Positions 31,901 to 32,000 of a stretch of 32,000 nt of DNA are shown here, piece after piece (position 1 is the first letter of the stretch; each line of letters opens with the position of its first letter). This DNA comes from Sedimentisphaera cyanobacteriorum. Lineage in GTDB: Bacteria; Planctomycetota; Phycisphaerae; Sedimentisphaerales; Sedimentisphaeraceae. Made by a program: the position numbers and the translations under genes. The notes under the pieces were generated by a model. The model was given only the letters and a program-made list of their open reading frames with translations, made no database searches and was not told the origin of the DNA. The stretch is taken from positions 90,001 to 122,000 of the forward strand of contig NZ_CP019633.1 in assembly GCF_001997385.1 (NCBI RefSeq), written 5' to 3'.

Positions 31901-32000
31901 AAGGCGCAGACGGCTATGCATTAGGCCCTGAGAATTATGACAACTTCCTAACAGATCTTTCAAGCTATATAGCAGGCTCTGCAAACCCTGATATGAAGAT
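28921..32000 (+). CDS. Partial (3'-truncated by window) multidomain LamG - dockerin-like - GH51 alpha-L-arabinofuranosidase with DUF1080-like and CBM4_9-like modules
   Basis: Absent from the ORF track because no stop codon occurs before the window end. My manual translation of frame 1 from the ATG at 28921 is open through 32000 (about 1026 codons). Signal peptide [23 protein letters not shown]. LamG homologous to the N-terminus of the 26489 product ([13 protein letters not shown]...[19 protein letters not shown]...FDNVRFSD). [14 protein letters not shown]. GH51 start [27 protein letters not shown]. DUF1080-like [12 protein letters not shown]...[18 protein letters not shown]. GH51 core [24 protein letters not shown] and [10 protein letters not shown]. 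Confidence 0.85.
   Translation, partial: [1026 protein letters not shown]

Noticed and set aside
1-32000. tRNA, rRNA, tmRNA or other canonical RNA genes in the long intergenic regions
   Set aside because: I could not trace cloverleaf-compatible segments or conserved rRNA/RNase P/SRP motifs by eye. The intergenic space is accounted for by the repeat families. A tRNAscan-SE or Infernal run would be needed for certainty.

Overview
Chromosomal window, about 48-50% GC by eye. The protein repertoire (PEP-CTERM tail, many LamG/dockerin-like secreted proteins, ECF sigma plus FecR-type anti-sigma next to CAZymes) suggests a PVC-group bacterium (Planctomycetota/Phycisphaerae-like or Kiritimatiellota/Lentisphaerota-like). 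That taxonomic call is inference only. Layout: (1) minus-strand housekeeping genes: OmpA-like lipoprotein, prepilin peptidase, murB. (2) A repeat-dense intergenic region of about 1 kb. (3) A clan GH-A glycoside hydrolase and a XylR-type AraC regulator. After them come two paralogous secreted beta-helix-like proteins whose 139-bp upstream leaders are identical: one ends in PEP-CTERM, the other continues into CBM-like/LamG/dockerin-like modules. (4) thrC, a probably PPi-dependent phosphofructokinase, dnaA, and a convergent mgtE. (5) An arabinan/hemicellulose-type CAZyme cluster with GH97, two GH43 and an ECF sigma. Its FecR anti-sigma carries a C-terminal NPCBM-like domain. Two LamG-Ig-LamG proteins with a conserved four-Cys dockerin-like tail follow. 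The last gene is a large LamG-GH51 fusion that runs off the window end and is absent from the supplied ORF track. The four long intergenic regions all hold copies of two repeat families: a 125-bp nested-hairpin element and a modular mosaic element. One copy includes an (ACTCGCC)x8 heptamer array. I recognised no rRNA, tRNA, CRISPR array, transposase or clear defence gene. A short relic of an XRE-ImmA/IrrE-type gene is the only hint of former mobile or defence content. The most interesting candidates are the sigma/anti-sigma-LamG-GH51 module, which has no TonB-dependent transducer, and the perfectly conserved duplicated leader.
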